Of a stretch of 64,000 nt of DNA, positions 20,170-30,292 are shown piece after piece. Both the position numbers and the translations under genes were made by a program. The stretch covers positions 1 through 64,000 of the forward strand of contig JAHLWP010000011.1 in NCBI GenBank assembly GCA_019057865.1. The letters are read 5' to 3'. Source of the DNA: Promethearchaeota archaeon. GTDB taxonomy: Archaea > Asgardarchaeota > Lokiarchaeia > Sigyniarchaeales > SOKP01. The first letter of the stretch is position 1. Every line of letters begins with the position of its first letter. Below the pieces are notes generated by a model. The model worked only from the letters and a program-made list of their open reading frames with translations, made no database searches and was not told the DNA's origin.

Positions 20170-20327
20170 TTTATTACTTTTCACATACTCTATTTAGTCT
20201 ATTCGCTAATCCTGTTAAAGCCCCCATCAAGTAGGAGAGTTGCATTTCTGTATTTTTCTCATTCAGGACTTCATCTCCTAGATTTTCTTCCATTGCAAAA
20301 CACGCTATTCATATATCAAAGAAAAGA

Positions 20328-20840
20328 TTGCTCGATATTTATAATAGTAATGATATGTTCAATTGGAAAAACATTTATGGAAAAGATATCGGCCCATTTA
20401 AGATATTACAAATTACTAAACCCGATAAAGAACAATCAATCCCTACAGAATTCTTTGCGAAAAGTGTTGACAAAGACATTAATTTAAATGCTTTCGAAAA
20501 GCCTAGTTTTAATGTAAAAATTGAAAAAAAAGATAATAAAGTATTTTGTGAATTGATTGATTATTCTTTACCATATGAAAATTTAATTTCTGATAATCTT
20601 AAAAAAAATATCAAAAAATGGACGGATTGGATCGATTATTGGGCTATAGATTTTGATAATATGAGTGATATTTTCATTGTCATGTGGGTTTCTTATAGAA
20701 CTCCTAAAAATCGAGGTTTAAAATTAATCTCAACACCTTATAATTTTTCTAAAAAAAAATCCTATAAGGTTTTAATAAAAGTTATTGATATTCTTGGTAT
20801 AGAAACTGTTAAAAAAAATACAACATCGCACTTTAATTGA
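20328..20840 (+). pseudogene. Orphan C-terminal part of a Mod-type DNA methyltransferase
   Basis: WTDWIDYWAIDFD...W.SYRT.K.R.L.L...KVIDILG.ET resembles the C-terminal tail of Type III-like Mod proteins; no DPPY or FxGxG motifs are present. Confidence 0.55.
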
Positions 20841-20872
20841 TTTTTTTTAATATTTTCTCTTAATCGATGGAA

Positions 20873-22258
20873 TTATTTAATAATTTCCCTAAGAAGCATA
20901 GTAGCATAAGATCCTTTTTGAATAGAAAATTCAATTTTTACTTTTTTCTTGTTCTGATAGAAATTATCCTCTGTAAATTCTATTAACTTTAAATTAATTG
21001 GTTTTATCATCATCGCTCTAGTAGATCCTTTAAATTCGAATGTTTCTAAGAGTTTTTGTTTAAAAATGTTTTGATTTATGTTTTCTTGTTCTATAATTAC
21101 ATCATAAAAGGTTTTCATTAGTGGGAATTTGTTCATATCAGTATCATAACCAATAATTGGAGCTATTATAGACGCTCGATTGAGATTCAGTGCCTGTTTT
21201 AGATAATCATCATAATCTCCACCATATATATAATTAACTTGAGTTACAATACCATTATCATCATCAAGTATGCTAATAACATCACCTTTTAAAGGTTCAA
21301 ATAAAGAGAAACCTTTCTGATATCTTAAAGAGCTCATCTTATTAAATAGATAAGATTGGAAAGAACTTATTAACAATCTCTTTAAACCAAAAGATAAAGT
21401 TGATATACATCCTTCATAATCTCCAGGGTTCTCTATTAAATACTTTATCATTTTTCTTTCATAGAATAGACTATGTGGAAAATTCATATATGCATTTTCA
21501 AAATTCTTGTCTTTCTCCAGGTCTTTTCTTACTTTTATTGATTTCTGAGATTCTGTAGAATAAGTTGATGTTACAAATTCATTAAAAGCGTTTTTATAAT
21601 CATTTTCTAATAGATATCGACCAATTAAGTGAGAATTTGGTCTAAAGGTACCAAATCTCTGGAGACCAAAATAATTAGGAAATCCATATTTAATTAAGAA
21701 ATTTAATATTTCTTTAAACTTGTTTTCTAAATTTTCCTTGCTTTCTATATTTCTAATTATTATAGTAAAATAATTACCCCAATGACTTCCCAATTTAACA
21801 GATTTTTTAGAAGAAGTTATGTCTCTAAAATATAAATCATTTAATTTTAAATTTCTTAGTTTTTCTATATAATCTCCTTTTATGGAAACTTTTTGAACAC
21901 TAATAGAACATTTGTCTTTTAATCCAGAATATTGGATTAATTCTGAAGGAATTTTTAAGGTATTACTAATTTCTCTTATGGCTTCAAATGTATCCTTATT
22001 AAATTTAATTAAATTGAATGTAGTATATTTATTATTCGATTCTTCTGAAAAAGAGAAAATCTTCTTACCCTTATTTATTTTAAGAATTTTTCCCTTATTG
22101 GTTATTTCTTGTACAATAAAATCCTTATATGTTTTTTTATATTCTCCACCAATACCATCTATACTAGAAGTAGCATAAGCTTCAATTCCTACAAATTTTT
22201 CTAGTTCTTTATTATCATTTTTAGCAAATAGGTAAGTTACATCCTCTTTTTCTAACAA
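20873..22258 (-). CDS. truD: tRNA pseudouridine(13) synthase TruD
   Basis: DFIVQE, SGLKDK, GNYFTI, PNYFGLQRFG, QSYLFN, GSYATMLLRE. Confidence 0.95.
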   Translation of the reverse strand: MLEKEDVTYLFAKNDNKELEKFVGIEAYATSSIDGIGGEYKKTYKDFIVQEITNKGKILKINKGKKIFSFSEESNNKYTTFNLIKFNKDTFEAIREISNTLKIPSELIQYSGLKDKCSISVQKVSIKGDYIEKLRNLKLNDLYFRDITSSKKSVKLGSHWGNYFTIIIRNIESKENLENKFKEILNFLIKYGFPNYFGLQRFGTFRPNSHLIGRYLLENDYKNAFNEFVTSTYSTESQKSIKVRKDLEKDKNFENAYMNFPHSLFYERKMIKYLIENPGDYEGCISTLSFGLKRLLISSFQSYLFNKMSSLRYQKGFSLFEPLKGDVISILDDDNGIVTQVNYIYGGDYDDYLKQALNLNRASIIAPIIGYDTDMNKFPLMKTFYDVIIEQENINQNIFKQKLLETFEFKGSTRAMMIKPINLKLIEFTEDNFYQNKKKVKIEFSIQKGSYATMLLREIIK

Positions 22259-22279
22259 TTTTATAGCCTATTAATCTGA

Positions 22280-22636
22280 TTATAATAATTTTAAATCTCC
22301 TGTAATCTTATCGATTTCTGTAGATAATGCAGGTCCAATACCTACTGCTGTTGTTGTTCCTGGAGGTAATTGAGTAAGACCAGCATCTTTTACGATAAAA
22401 TATGGTAATTTATGTTTCTCAAGTTTAATAATCATATTATTCAATTCTTCTTTACTCTTTATTTTGAGAACTATCTTTTTCTGTCCAAAATTTTTCCAAT
22501 TTTTCCAAACACTTTTATTTTGAAATCGAACTAAATCTGAAGCTGAAACACTAGCATGGCACGACTGGGCACACTTTTTACCAGTTCCCATTTCAAGATC
22601 TGTTCTTATTAAAATAACTTGCTTATATTCTTCCAC
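22280..22636 (-). CDS. pth2: Peptidyl-tRNA hydrolase Pth2
   Basis: [37 protein letters not shown]. Confidence 0.95.
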   Translation of the reverse strand: MEEYKQVILIRTDLEMGTGKKCAQSCHASVSASDLVRFQNKSVWKNWKNFGQKKIVLKIKSKEELNNMIIKLEKHKLPYFIVKDAGLTQLPPGTTTAVGIGPALSTEIDKITGDLKLL

Positions 22637-22685
22637 GATATCTTAAACCTATTATATTTTAAGAAATTAGTAAATTAAATCTTAA

Positions 22686-23195
22686 CTATTGAAACTCAAT
22701 CCTAGTAATATTTCCTGTTAGTTCTAAAATCAATTCTTCTAGTTCTTCTTTAGTAAATAGAATTTTATCTTTATCTTCCTCTCGAAGAACTGCCCTAAAT
22801 TGAGCATCACCAGTAGCTAAGAAGATTTCATTTAACGAGACCAATTTGCTAGGTGCAATTAATGCTTCTACTACTGGTCTAGGCTTACTTGTTTTTTCCA
22901 TTAATATAATTTCATCTATTTGATATGTTTCTTTTACCCAAGCTATTAATTCTGATGATATTTTAAGTTTATCTTTATTTCCAATCACCAATATTACAAC
23001 ATCTTCGTAATCAATCGCTTTATGAAAAGAAACATTTTTTAGAAATTCAAATTTCTCAGAATCTTCCAATTTAATTAAATCTTTGGCTAAATCTAGCTCA
23101 AATTCCGTAATTTCTCCAGCATCTAATTTTACCTGACAACTAGTGCATAAAAATCCCGAGTTTACACATGTCTTACAAGCTGGAAGAACTTTCAT
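22686..23195 (-). CDS. Archaeal NusA-like KH protein with N-terminal Cys4 cluster
   Basis: CxxC..SG.LCxxC N-terminus; located next to pth2 and truD. Confidence 0.7.
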   Translation of the reverse strand: MKVLPACKTCVNSGFLCTSCQVKLDAGEITEFELDLAKDLIKLEDSEKFEFLKNVSFHKAIDYEDVVILVIGNKDKLKISSELIAWVKETYQIDEIILMEKTSKPRPVVEALIAPSKLVSLNEIFLATGDAQFRAVLREEDKDKILFTKEELEELILELTGNITRIEFQ

Positions 23196-23212
23196 TCAAT
23201 TTTGACCTAAAA

Positions 23213-23407
23213 TTAAATTTCTATAATCTCACAACCAATATTCCTTAATATACGTTCTGCTGATGTTGGATCTGTTTTATATGTATAAAGATATTTCTTG
23301 GTCCTAAGTTTGAGCTTAACTATATCTTTAATCCTCTTTACCCTACAATGAAATGCATACTCAGATAATTCTAAAAACTTATCCTCATCAAATATTTCTT
23401 TTGGCAA
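23213..23407 (-). CDS. rpl38e: 50S ribosomal protein eL38
   Basis: MPKEI.D...FL...VKLKLRTKKYLYT. Confidence 0.9.
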   Translation of the reverse strand: MPKEIFDEDKFLELSEYAFHCRVKRIKDIVKLKLRTKKYLYTYKTDPTSAERILRNIGCEIIEI

Positions 23408-23597
23408 ATTTCCTCAGCTAAGTTTCAGTATTGTAATGATGTTTAGATCTATAATCTATAGAATTTTAATTTTATCATATTATTCAATAATTTTAAACAA
23501 AAATTTTATTTTGAATCATATTTTTTAAAAATTATTCCTATAATTGTATTTTCTAAGTTAAATTTAAAATCAAAATAAAAAAGAAGAACTGAGTAAA

Positions 23598-23759
23598 TTG
23601 CCGATTGATGACCCAGTTAAGAGAAGAATAGCAAGATATCATTTATTGGAGAAATCAGTATGTAGACGTTGCGGTGCTTTGAATCCATTCAAAGCCAAAA
23701 AATGTCGAAGATGTCACGGTAAAGACTTACGATTAAAAAAAAGAGACCTTACAAAGTAG
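23598..23759 (+). CDS. rpl40e: 50S ribosomal protein eL40 (not in ORF track)
   Basis: TTG start; MPIDDP...VCRRCGALNPFKAKKCRRCHGKDLRLKKR. Confidence 0.9.
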   Translation: MPIDDPVKRRIARYHLLEKSVCRRCGALNPFKAKKCRRCHGKDLRLKKRDLTK

Positions 23760-23897
23760 TTTTATGGGTTTTTTTAACCTAATTTAAAAAAATTAACTTA
23801 GAGTAAAATTATTGAATTATTTTTCAAAATTTTTTCAATTTTTAATGAAAACCTTAATACTCTTTTTCTTTAAATATATGGAAAATAAAAAGGTAAT

Positions 23898-24179
23898 ATG
23901 ACAGAGAATCGTAAATTCTTATGTGAGGTTGTTTTTTCTGATCATAATTTGGGGCTATTAACAAGTCTTATAGGACATATAGATCAAAATCAGTTAAATC
24001 AATTTTCAAACGGAGGAGGCAAGTTTATTACATTAAAAGAAAAGCATCACCCACCCATTTATAAACCTGACATAAAAGAAATAATTATCTACCGGGTAGA
24101 TAAACATTCCACTATTGATAAGGAAAAGATTGATGTAAACAATTATATTAAAGGCAACTTTAAGGTAAAAATTAGCTAA
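23898..24179 (+). CDS. Hypothetical protein
   Basis: 93-aa ORF. Confidence 0.6.
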   Translation: MTENRKFLCEVVFSDHNLGLLTSLIGHIDQNQLNQFSNGGGKFITLKEKHHPPIYKPDIKEIIIYRVDKHSTIDKEKIDVNNYIKGNFKVKIS

Positions 24180-24381
24180 AAAAAAATTTTAACTATTTGT
24201 ACTCTTCATAGATTGTACCCTCTAATAATGATCTAATTTCATTAATCTAATTCTCAGCTCTATATGCAAAAAATACAAAAAATCGTAAACTTTTTTAATT
24301 TTATGACTTAGAGATCATTATATATATAATCATTAAAAATCAAAATTAAATCAAAATAAAATTTACAGAACGTGAAAAATA

Positions 24382-26064
24382 ATGGCACAATTAGGTGGAA
24401 CTCCTATATTAATAATGAGGGAAGGCACAGAGAGAACACGTGGAAGAGATGCAATGGAAAACAATATTGCTGCTGCTATAGTAATTGCTGAAGCTGTAAG
24501 AACATCACTAGGACCACGGGGTATGGACAAAATGCTTGTAGATCAATTCGGAGATGTAGTTATTACTAATGATGGTGCAACAATTCTTAAAGAAATTGAT
24601 GTTCAACATCCAGCCGCTAAAATGATGGTCGAGGTCGCAAAAACTCAGGATTCTGAGGTAGGTGACGGTACAACTACTAGTGTAGTTCTTGCTGGTGAGC
24701 TTTTAAAGCGTGCTAAAAAGCTTTTGGAGCAAAAAATCCATCCAACAGTTATTACTGAAGGTTTTAGAAAAGCAGCAGAAAAAGCCATCGAAATCTTAGA
24801 TAATATGTCGATTAAAAGTGGCATTGACGATAAAGAAGGCTTAAAAAACGCTGCTATGACATGCATGTCGTCAAAACTTGTATCAGAAAGTAAAGAACAA
24901 CTAGCCAAGATCTGTATGAATGCTATTGAAGCTATTGCTGAACAAGATGAAGATGGTAATTGGGTTGCTGATATTGAAAAGGTTCAAATTCAAAAGAAAG
25001 AAGGAGAAGGCATAGATGATACTAGCTTAATTAAGGGCATCATTCTTGATAAAGAAGTCGTAAGTCCCGGCATGCCAAAAATCGTTAAAGATGCAAAAAT
25101 TTTACTCTTACAAAGTGCAATAGAAATTGAAAAGACAGAATTTGACGCTAAACTCCAAATTACCAGCCCTGAACAAATTCAACAATTCCTTGATGAAGAA
25201 GAAAAAATGTTAAGGACTATGGTTGATAAGATCGTTAATTCCGGAGCTAATGTAGTTATCTGTCAGAAAGGAATAGATGATATGGCTCAACATTTCGTAT
25301 CTAAAGCTGGAATTATGGCTGTGAGAAGAGTGAAAAAATCTGATCTTGAAAAGTTATCAAAAGCTACTGGTGGTATGATCTATACGAATCTTGATGATAT
25401 AACTGAAGATAAACTAGGTTGGGCAGGATTAGTAGAAGAACGCAAAATCATGAACGATAGCTGGATTTTTATTGAAGAATGTAAAGATCCTAAATCAGTT
25501 GTAATTCTAATAAGAGGTGGAAGTGAACTTATCGTCGATGAGGTTGAAAGAGCCATTCATGATGCTCTCTGCGTAATAAGAGATGTTGTAGAAGATCAAA
25601 AACTCGTTGGTGGTGGAGGCGCTCCAGAAATAGAAACTGCAATTCAATTGAGAACATATGCCTCTACTCTAGGTGGTCGTGAGCAATTAGCAGTAGAAAT
25701 TTTTGCTGATAGTCTTGATATTATCCCAAAAACCTTGGCTGAAAATGCTGGCTTAGATCAAATTGATACCTTAATGAAATTAAGAGCTTCACATCAAAAA
25801 GGCAATAAATTTGCGGGTCATGATCTAGATACTGGTAATGTAATTGATGACATGGCAAAAGTGGGCGTCGTTGAACCAACTATAGTTAAAGTTCAAGCTA
25901 TTAAAAGCTCAACTGAAGCAACTTCCATGATCCTCAGGATAGACGATGTAATTGCAGCTGCGAAAAGCGCGATGCCTCCTGGTGGAATGCCTCCTGGAGG
26001 GATGCCGCCTGGGATGGGCGGTCCTGGAATGGGTGGAATGGGGATGCCTCCGGGGATGTATTAA
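24382..26064 (+). CDS. ths: Thermosome (group II chaperonin) subunit
   Basis: [33 protein letters not shown]; GGM-rich tail. Confidence 0.97.
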   Translation: MAQLGGTPILIMREGTERTRGRDAMENNIAAAIVIAEAVRTSLGPRGMDKMLVDQFGDVVITNDGATILKEIDVQHPAAKMMVEVAKTQDSEVGDGTTTSVVLAGELLKRAKKLLEQKIHPTVITEGFRKAAEKAIEILDNMSIKSGIDDKEGLKNAAMTCMSSKLVSESKEQLAKICMNAIEAIAEQDEDGNWVADIEKVQIQKKEGEGIDDTSLIKGIILDKEVVSPGMPKIVKDAKILLLQSAIEIEKTEFDAKLQITSPEQIQQFLDEEEKMLRTMVDKIVNSGANVVICQKGIDDMAQHFVSKAGIMAVRRVKKSDLEKLSKATGGMIYTNLDDITEDKLGWAGLVEERKIMNDSWIFIEECKDPKSVVILIRGGSELIVDEVERAIHDALCVIRDVVEDQKLVGGGGAPEIETAIQLRTYASTLGGREQLAVEIFADSLDIIPKTLAENAGLDQIDTLMKLRASHQKGNKFAGHDLDTGNVIDDMAKVGVVEPTIVKVQAIKSSTEATSMILRIDDVIAAAKSAMPPGGMPPGGMPPGMGGPGMGGMGMPPGMY

Positions 26065-26099
26065 GAGTTTAATCATTTTTTTTAATTTATTTTTTCTTT

Positions 26100-26291
26100 C
26101 TATTTTTCTTGTAGTTTTTTAGCAATATTTTGGGCAAGTTCACATCCAACGATGTCTATTCCGTTAATTGCCCATTTAAGTTGTTCTTTAATTTCTTTTG
26201 AGTTTACGGATTTCTTTAATACGGTTAGATCAACCCTCACTTCTGCTAATAATTTAGCAAAAGATATATAAAATCTATACAAAAAAGTCAT
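26100..26291 (-). CDS. Small hypothetical protein
   Basis: 63-aa ORF. Confidence 0.35.
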   Translation of the reverse strand: MTFLYRFYISFAKLLAEVRVDLTVLKKSVNSKEIKEQLKWAINGIDIVGCELAQNIAKKLQEK

Positions 26292-26322
26292 GTTTATATT
26301 TTTAAGTTAATAATGATCTCAT

Positions 26323-26631
26323 GTGAAATATTGTAATAATTGTAAGCAAATGGTTAATCCAGAAAAAGAGTGGAATGGGTGTCTCTTTGTTTTCTTGATC
26401 TTTACGATGATTGGTTGGATCATATACTTAATATGGTATGGTGCTCATGAGGGCTTTTGTCCCATTTGCAAGAGCAGAAATTGGGGAGAACCCCAACCTA
26501 CTCAACCACAAGTCATACAACAAGTCATTCAACCGCCTAGACCTCAAGCAACAATTTATTGTTCTCTCTGTGGTTATCTTAATGATAAAAAAAATAAGTA
26601 TTGTGGTAATTGCGGCAGTCTTATCAAATAA
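26323..26631 (+). CDS. LITAF-like Zn/membrane domain + zinc-ribbon protein
   Basis: CxxC-hydrophobic segment-CPxC, then CxxCG..YCxxCG. Confidence 0.7.
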   Translation: MKYCNNCKQMVNPEKEWNGCLFVFLIFTMIGWIIYLIWYGAHEGFCPICKSRNWGEPQPTQPQVIQQVIQPPRPQATIYCSLCGYLNDKKNKYCGNCGSLIK

Positions 26632-26653
26632 TAATTTAAAAAATAAACTCATT

Positions 26654-26872
26654 CTAAGAATCTTTATTTAAAGTAAAAGTATAGCCCTCGTCTCTTGATA
26701 TAATTAAAATTCCCTCTTTTCTAAATTTATGCATTAGTGGTTTAACTTCTTTAAGAGGAATGCCATAATTTTCCGCCATGATTTCTATCATAAATTTAGG
26801 GAACTTTTAGCTCTTTTTCATTTTCGCAACAATGTTAAATATAAATAGATAATTATGTCTTTTTGAATCCAA
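26654..26872 (-). pseudogene. Small winged-helix protein pseudogene
   Basis: 73 codons with an in-frame TAA at 26807-26809: ...KMKKS*KFPKFMIEIMAENYGIPLKEVKPLMHKFRKEGILII. Confidence 0.45.
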
Positions 26873-26965
26873 TTTATCTATTTAAAGAAAATTTGTATGA
26901 AATTCTTAGAAAAAGAATAAAAAAAGAAGGTTAGGATTTTAAATAATTTATTTCAGAAAAAATAA

Positions 26966-27280
26966 TTATATCTGCAGAGCTTGAATTTTTTGAAGGTCTC
27001 TCATACTCACTAATGGTTCTACTTTCCAAGTATATCCTTCAACCTCTGAAAATAAACTCATTATTTTTGCTATGTATATTCCTGCCTCATCCACCTTTTC
27101 GGGATCTGTATATACAATACCATAACCTTTAAGACCTTTTCTTCCGTCAGCTGTTCCGAACAATTGCCATTTTTTAATGTAAGGCGGAAATTGTTGAGGC
27201 ATTTTTTGTTGTATTTTGGCTACCTCATCTGCTTTATGAAATGGGTACCAATTCGTTACCATAAAAATCATAAAATGCAC
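26966..27280 (-). CDS. Hypothetical protein (small alpha/beta)
   Basis: 104-aa ORF with a GAGGTG Shine-Dalgarno-like site at its 5' end. Confidence 0.7.
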   Translation of the reverse strand: MHFMIFMVTNWYPFHKADEVAKIQQKMPQQFPPYIKKWQLFGTADGRKGLKGYGIVYTDPEKVDEAGIYIAKIMSLFSEVEGYTWKVEPLVSMRDLQKIQALQI

Positions 27281-27726
27281 CTCTTTTAATTTAATTTTTA
27301 ATATTTGGATTTAAAGGTAAGTTTAGTTACAATTATAATCAATATAAGTTTTTACAAAGATTATGATTTTATAAATGAGAGTTATGGAAAAACTTGAATG
27401 GTATTGCTATGTCATAGCTAGTTTTAAATAAAAATTTCTTAGAGAAAAAATCAAGTGAACTTCTAGACCTGGATTATCCATCTCTTATAATAACAATAAA
27501 TTAGAAATGGAAATTGAAAAGTATTGCCTTATCTTTAAAGGAAAATGGAAATAAGTAACTGTAAAATAAAAATTATAAATGTAATGTTATTTAGGAGGGT
27601 TTAAAAAGCTTTTATTATTTAATAGGTATATCTATTATATGAAAAAGAAAAGAATGGTTTTTTTTCGAGTTTTATAGGGTTTCTAGAGAAAAAAGAATAA
27701 TACTAAGATTTCTAGAGAAGGTTGAG

Positions 27727-28446
27727 ATGAAGAATTCGCTTGAATTAAAAAAAATTTATCATTATTATGGGAGCGCAAAGGTGCTTGAAGAATTCAATTT
27801 AAAAATTGAAAAGAAATCTCTAAATGCTATTATTGGCCCAAACGGTGTTGGAAAATCAACACTCCTTAAATTAATAATTGGTTTAGAAAAACCTAACAGA
27901 GGAAAAATAGAATTCCTAGGTAAAAGAATAGATGGCTTAAAAGCTCATGAAATCACTAAAAAAGGAATCTCACTTTGTCCAGAGCGTCGCAGATTATTCT
28001 ATGATATGACTGTTTTTGAAAATCTTAAAGTAGGAGGGAAACTAGTAAAAAAAAAAAGCAGGGAAATCTTTAAAGATCAATTAAACTTTGTTTATGAGAT
28101 ATTCCCTCGTCTTAAAGAAGGAAAAAAACAGCGAGCAGGAACGTTAAGCGGGGGTGAACAACAAATGCTTGCGATAAGCCGTACATTAATGTCAAATCCA
28201 AAACTACTCTTGTTGGACGAACCTTCAGTAGGGTTAGCTCCAATTGTAAAAAAAAAGATATTTGGTGCAATTAAAAAAATAAAGCAAGAAGGAACAACCA
28301 CTTTATTGGTTACACAGGATATAATTTTTGCAATGTATGTTGCAGATATGATTCATGTACTTGAAGACGGAAAAATTGAAATAAGAGGAACAAAAGAAGA
28401 ATTAGAAAAAGAACCTCGAATAAGAAAAGTATATTTGGGAATTTAA
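27727..28446 (+). CDS. livF: Branched-chain amino-acid ABC transporter ATPase (LivF-like), orphan
   Basis: GPNGVGKST, PERRRLF..MTV.ENL, LSGGEQQMLA, LLLDEPSVGLAP. Confidence 0.85.
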   Translation: MKNSLELKKIYHYYGSAKVLEEFNLKIEKKSLNAIIGPNGVGKSTLLKLIIGLEKPNRGKIEFLGKRIDGLKAHEITKKGISLCPERRRLFYDMTVFENLKVGGKLVKKKSREIFKDQLNFVYEIFPRLKEGKKQRAGTLSGGEQQMLAISRTLMSNPKLLLLDEPSVGLAPIVKKKIFGAIKKIKQEGTTTLLVTQDIIFAMYVADMIHVLEDGKIEIRGTKEELEKEPRIRKVYLGI

Positions 28447-28647
28447 GTGATTTAATGAAAATTTAATGAAAAAAACTGAGAAAAAATTTAATACTTAATA
28501 CTATATATATTAAGGTAAACTATAAATAAATCTAGGTTGTGAAGATATGGCTACTGGTAATGCTACAATTATGGGAGGAGAATCCCAGATGGATATATAA
28601 ATTAGAAGCTAATACTTTTTAAATAATTAGAAATCTATTTAATCATT

Positions 28648-29250
28648 ATGTCATTAATTAGTGATTTATATAAAATACAAAAAAAAGATCTTAAGAACGC
28701 AGTAAATGTACTCACTAATGCATTTTCTGAAGATTCAATGTGGAAAGAAGTATTTAATGATGAAGATAAGAACCATGTACTAACTGAAGTTATGGTTAGA
28801 TTTTGTTTGAAATATGGTAATGTCTTATCGACATCTGATAATTTAGAAGGAGTAATGGCAATTGCACCTCATGATAAAGATATGACAACATTGAGAGTCA
28901 TTCGAAGTGGTGCTTTTTTTCTTTCTATGAAAATAGCAAGCGAATCAAAGATAATGAAAGTTCTCAGTAATGCAATTGAAGAAGCGAAGAAAAGTCTTAA
29001 TTTAGGCCCATATATACATCTATTAATAATGGGTGTTTCACAAGAATTTCAAGGAAAAGGTTTTGGAGGAAAATTATTAAGAGCAATTATAGAAAAAGCT
29101 GAAACAGAAAGAAAACCTATATATTTGGAGACTCAAAAAGAAGAGAATGTTAATCTCTATGAAAAGTTTGGATTTTATGTTACTAAAAAAATAAATCTTC
29201 CAGATCCAGTGAATTTACCAATGTGGTTAATGGTTCGAGAGGCGAAATAA
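28648..29250 (+). CDS. GNAT-family N-acetyltransferase
   Basis: GVSQEFQGKGFGGKLL, YLET...NVNLYEKFGF. Confidence 0.9.
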   Translation: MSLISDLYKIQKKDLKNAVNVLTNAFSEDSMWKEVFNDEDKNHVLTEVMVRFCLKYGNVLSTSDNLEGVMAIAPHDKDMTTLRVIRSGAFFLSMKIASESKIMKVLSNAIEEAKKSLNLGPYIHLLIMGVSQEFQGKGFGGKLLRAIIEKAETERKPIYLETQKEENVNLYEKFGFYVTKKINLPDPVNLPMWLMVREAK

Positions 29251-29285
29251 ATTTATAATAAAAACTAAAAAGAGGGAGTAAAAAA

Positions 29286-29366
29286 ATGGAAATAGATAAG
29301 AAAAAAGATGAATTTATGAAAGTGATTGTATACACAAAATACGGTAAATTGGAGGATTCCCTTTGA
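29286..29366 (+). pseudogene. N-terminal remnant of a zinc/NAD(P)-dependent alcohol dehydrogenase-like (MDR) gene
   Basis: MEIDKKKDEFMKVIVYTKYG then a stop; MK.IVYTKYG is the typical MDR/quinone-oxidoreductase N-terminus. Confidence 0.45.
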
Positions 29367-30037
29367 TTATCTTAATGAGGTTATCTGGTTTTCTCTTTCT
29401 GTTTATTTTGGTTTTGCAAGTTGCAATGGCATCATTTGGTTATATATTAGAACCAATGCCGAAGCATTATGAATCAGACGCTAAGCTGCCAAAGATTAAC
29501 AATAATCCAAAAAAATTTCAAATAAGCATCGTGTTAGCGCTTATAGAACATGTTAGCGTCATTACACTTGCTATAATGTTGTTTATTGTTTTTAGTCCTT
29601 ATAACATAATTCTTGGAATTGTTTGGACCATCTTTCGAATAGCAGAAGGCTCGATCCAAGTCTATAATGAAAAAAACTACTGGGGACTTCTCAATATAGC
29701 AAGACAATACTCAGTTACTAGTGGTACGGAAAAAAATTCGTTGAGTGATTCATATCGTATCATTCTCCAAACAAAAAGCTCTAGATTCGCATTTGTAATG
29801 ATCTGTTGGTCCATTGGTACACTCGCATTTTCAATCCTGTTGGTTACCTATGAAGTGGTACCCCCAATTATTGGATGGCTAGGAATTGTTGCTAGCATTC
29901 CCGTTGGCTTCGGTAATGGGATAAAACTTGTAAAACCTAACTTTAAAGTCTTTGAAGTTCTGACATCTATCGGTGGTCTGTTGGCGATTCTATTTGAATT
30001 AATCCTCGGAGGATGGCTATTGTTTTATCCACACTAA
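29363..30037 (+). CDS. DUF4386-like membrane protein
   Basis: RLSGFLFL, FRIAEG, VPPIIGWLG, FELILGGWLL; multiple TM segments. Confidence 0.7.
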   Translation: MIILMRLSGFLFLFILVLQVAMASFGYILEPMPKHYESDAKLPKINNNPKKFQISIVLALIEHVSVITLAIMLFIVFSPYNIILGIVWTIFRIAEGSIQVYNEKNYWGLLNIARQYSVTSGTEKNSLSDSYRIILQTKSSRFAFVMICWSIGTLAFSILLVTYEVVPPIIGWLGIVASIPVGFGNGIKLVKPNFKVFEVLTSIGGLLAILFELILGGWLLFYPH

Positions 30038-30045
30038 AATGGTGA

Positions 30046-30261
30046 AAAAAATGGAAAGCAACAGTAAAAGCTAAAAATCCTGATCCTTCTATAATTTGGG
30101 AGGGCCATTTTGCTGGGATTGAATTAGGATATTTCCAAATGGAAAAATTGACCAACTTAGATAAGGTTCCACCAGTTGGGGCAACTATTTATTGCTTTCC
30201 CATTAAAATTGCGAGAGCTAGTGCTGGCTGGGTTAGAGCTGTTGTTACAATTCCCGAATAA
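30046..30261 (+). pseudogene. C-terminal fragment of a cyclase (kynurenine formamidase-like) family gene
   Basis: Frame lacking an N-terminal start: DPSIIWEGHFAGIELGYFQMEKLTNLDKVPP...CFPIKIARASAGWVRAV*. Confidence 0.7.
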
Positions 30262-30292
30262 TGATTGAATTAAATTAAGAAAAAAAAATATT

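Noticed and set aside
25970-26064. GC-rich repetitive stretch
   Set aside because: It is the ordinary GGM/PPG tail of the thermosome subunit.
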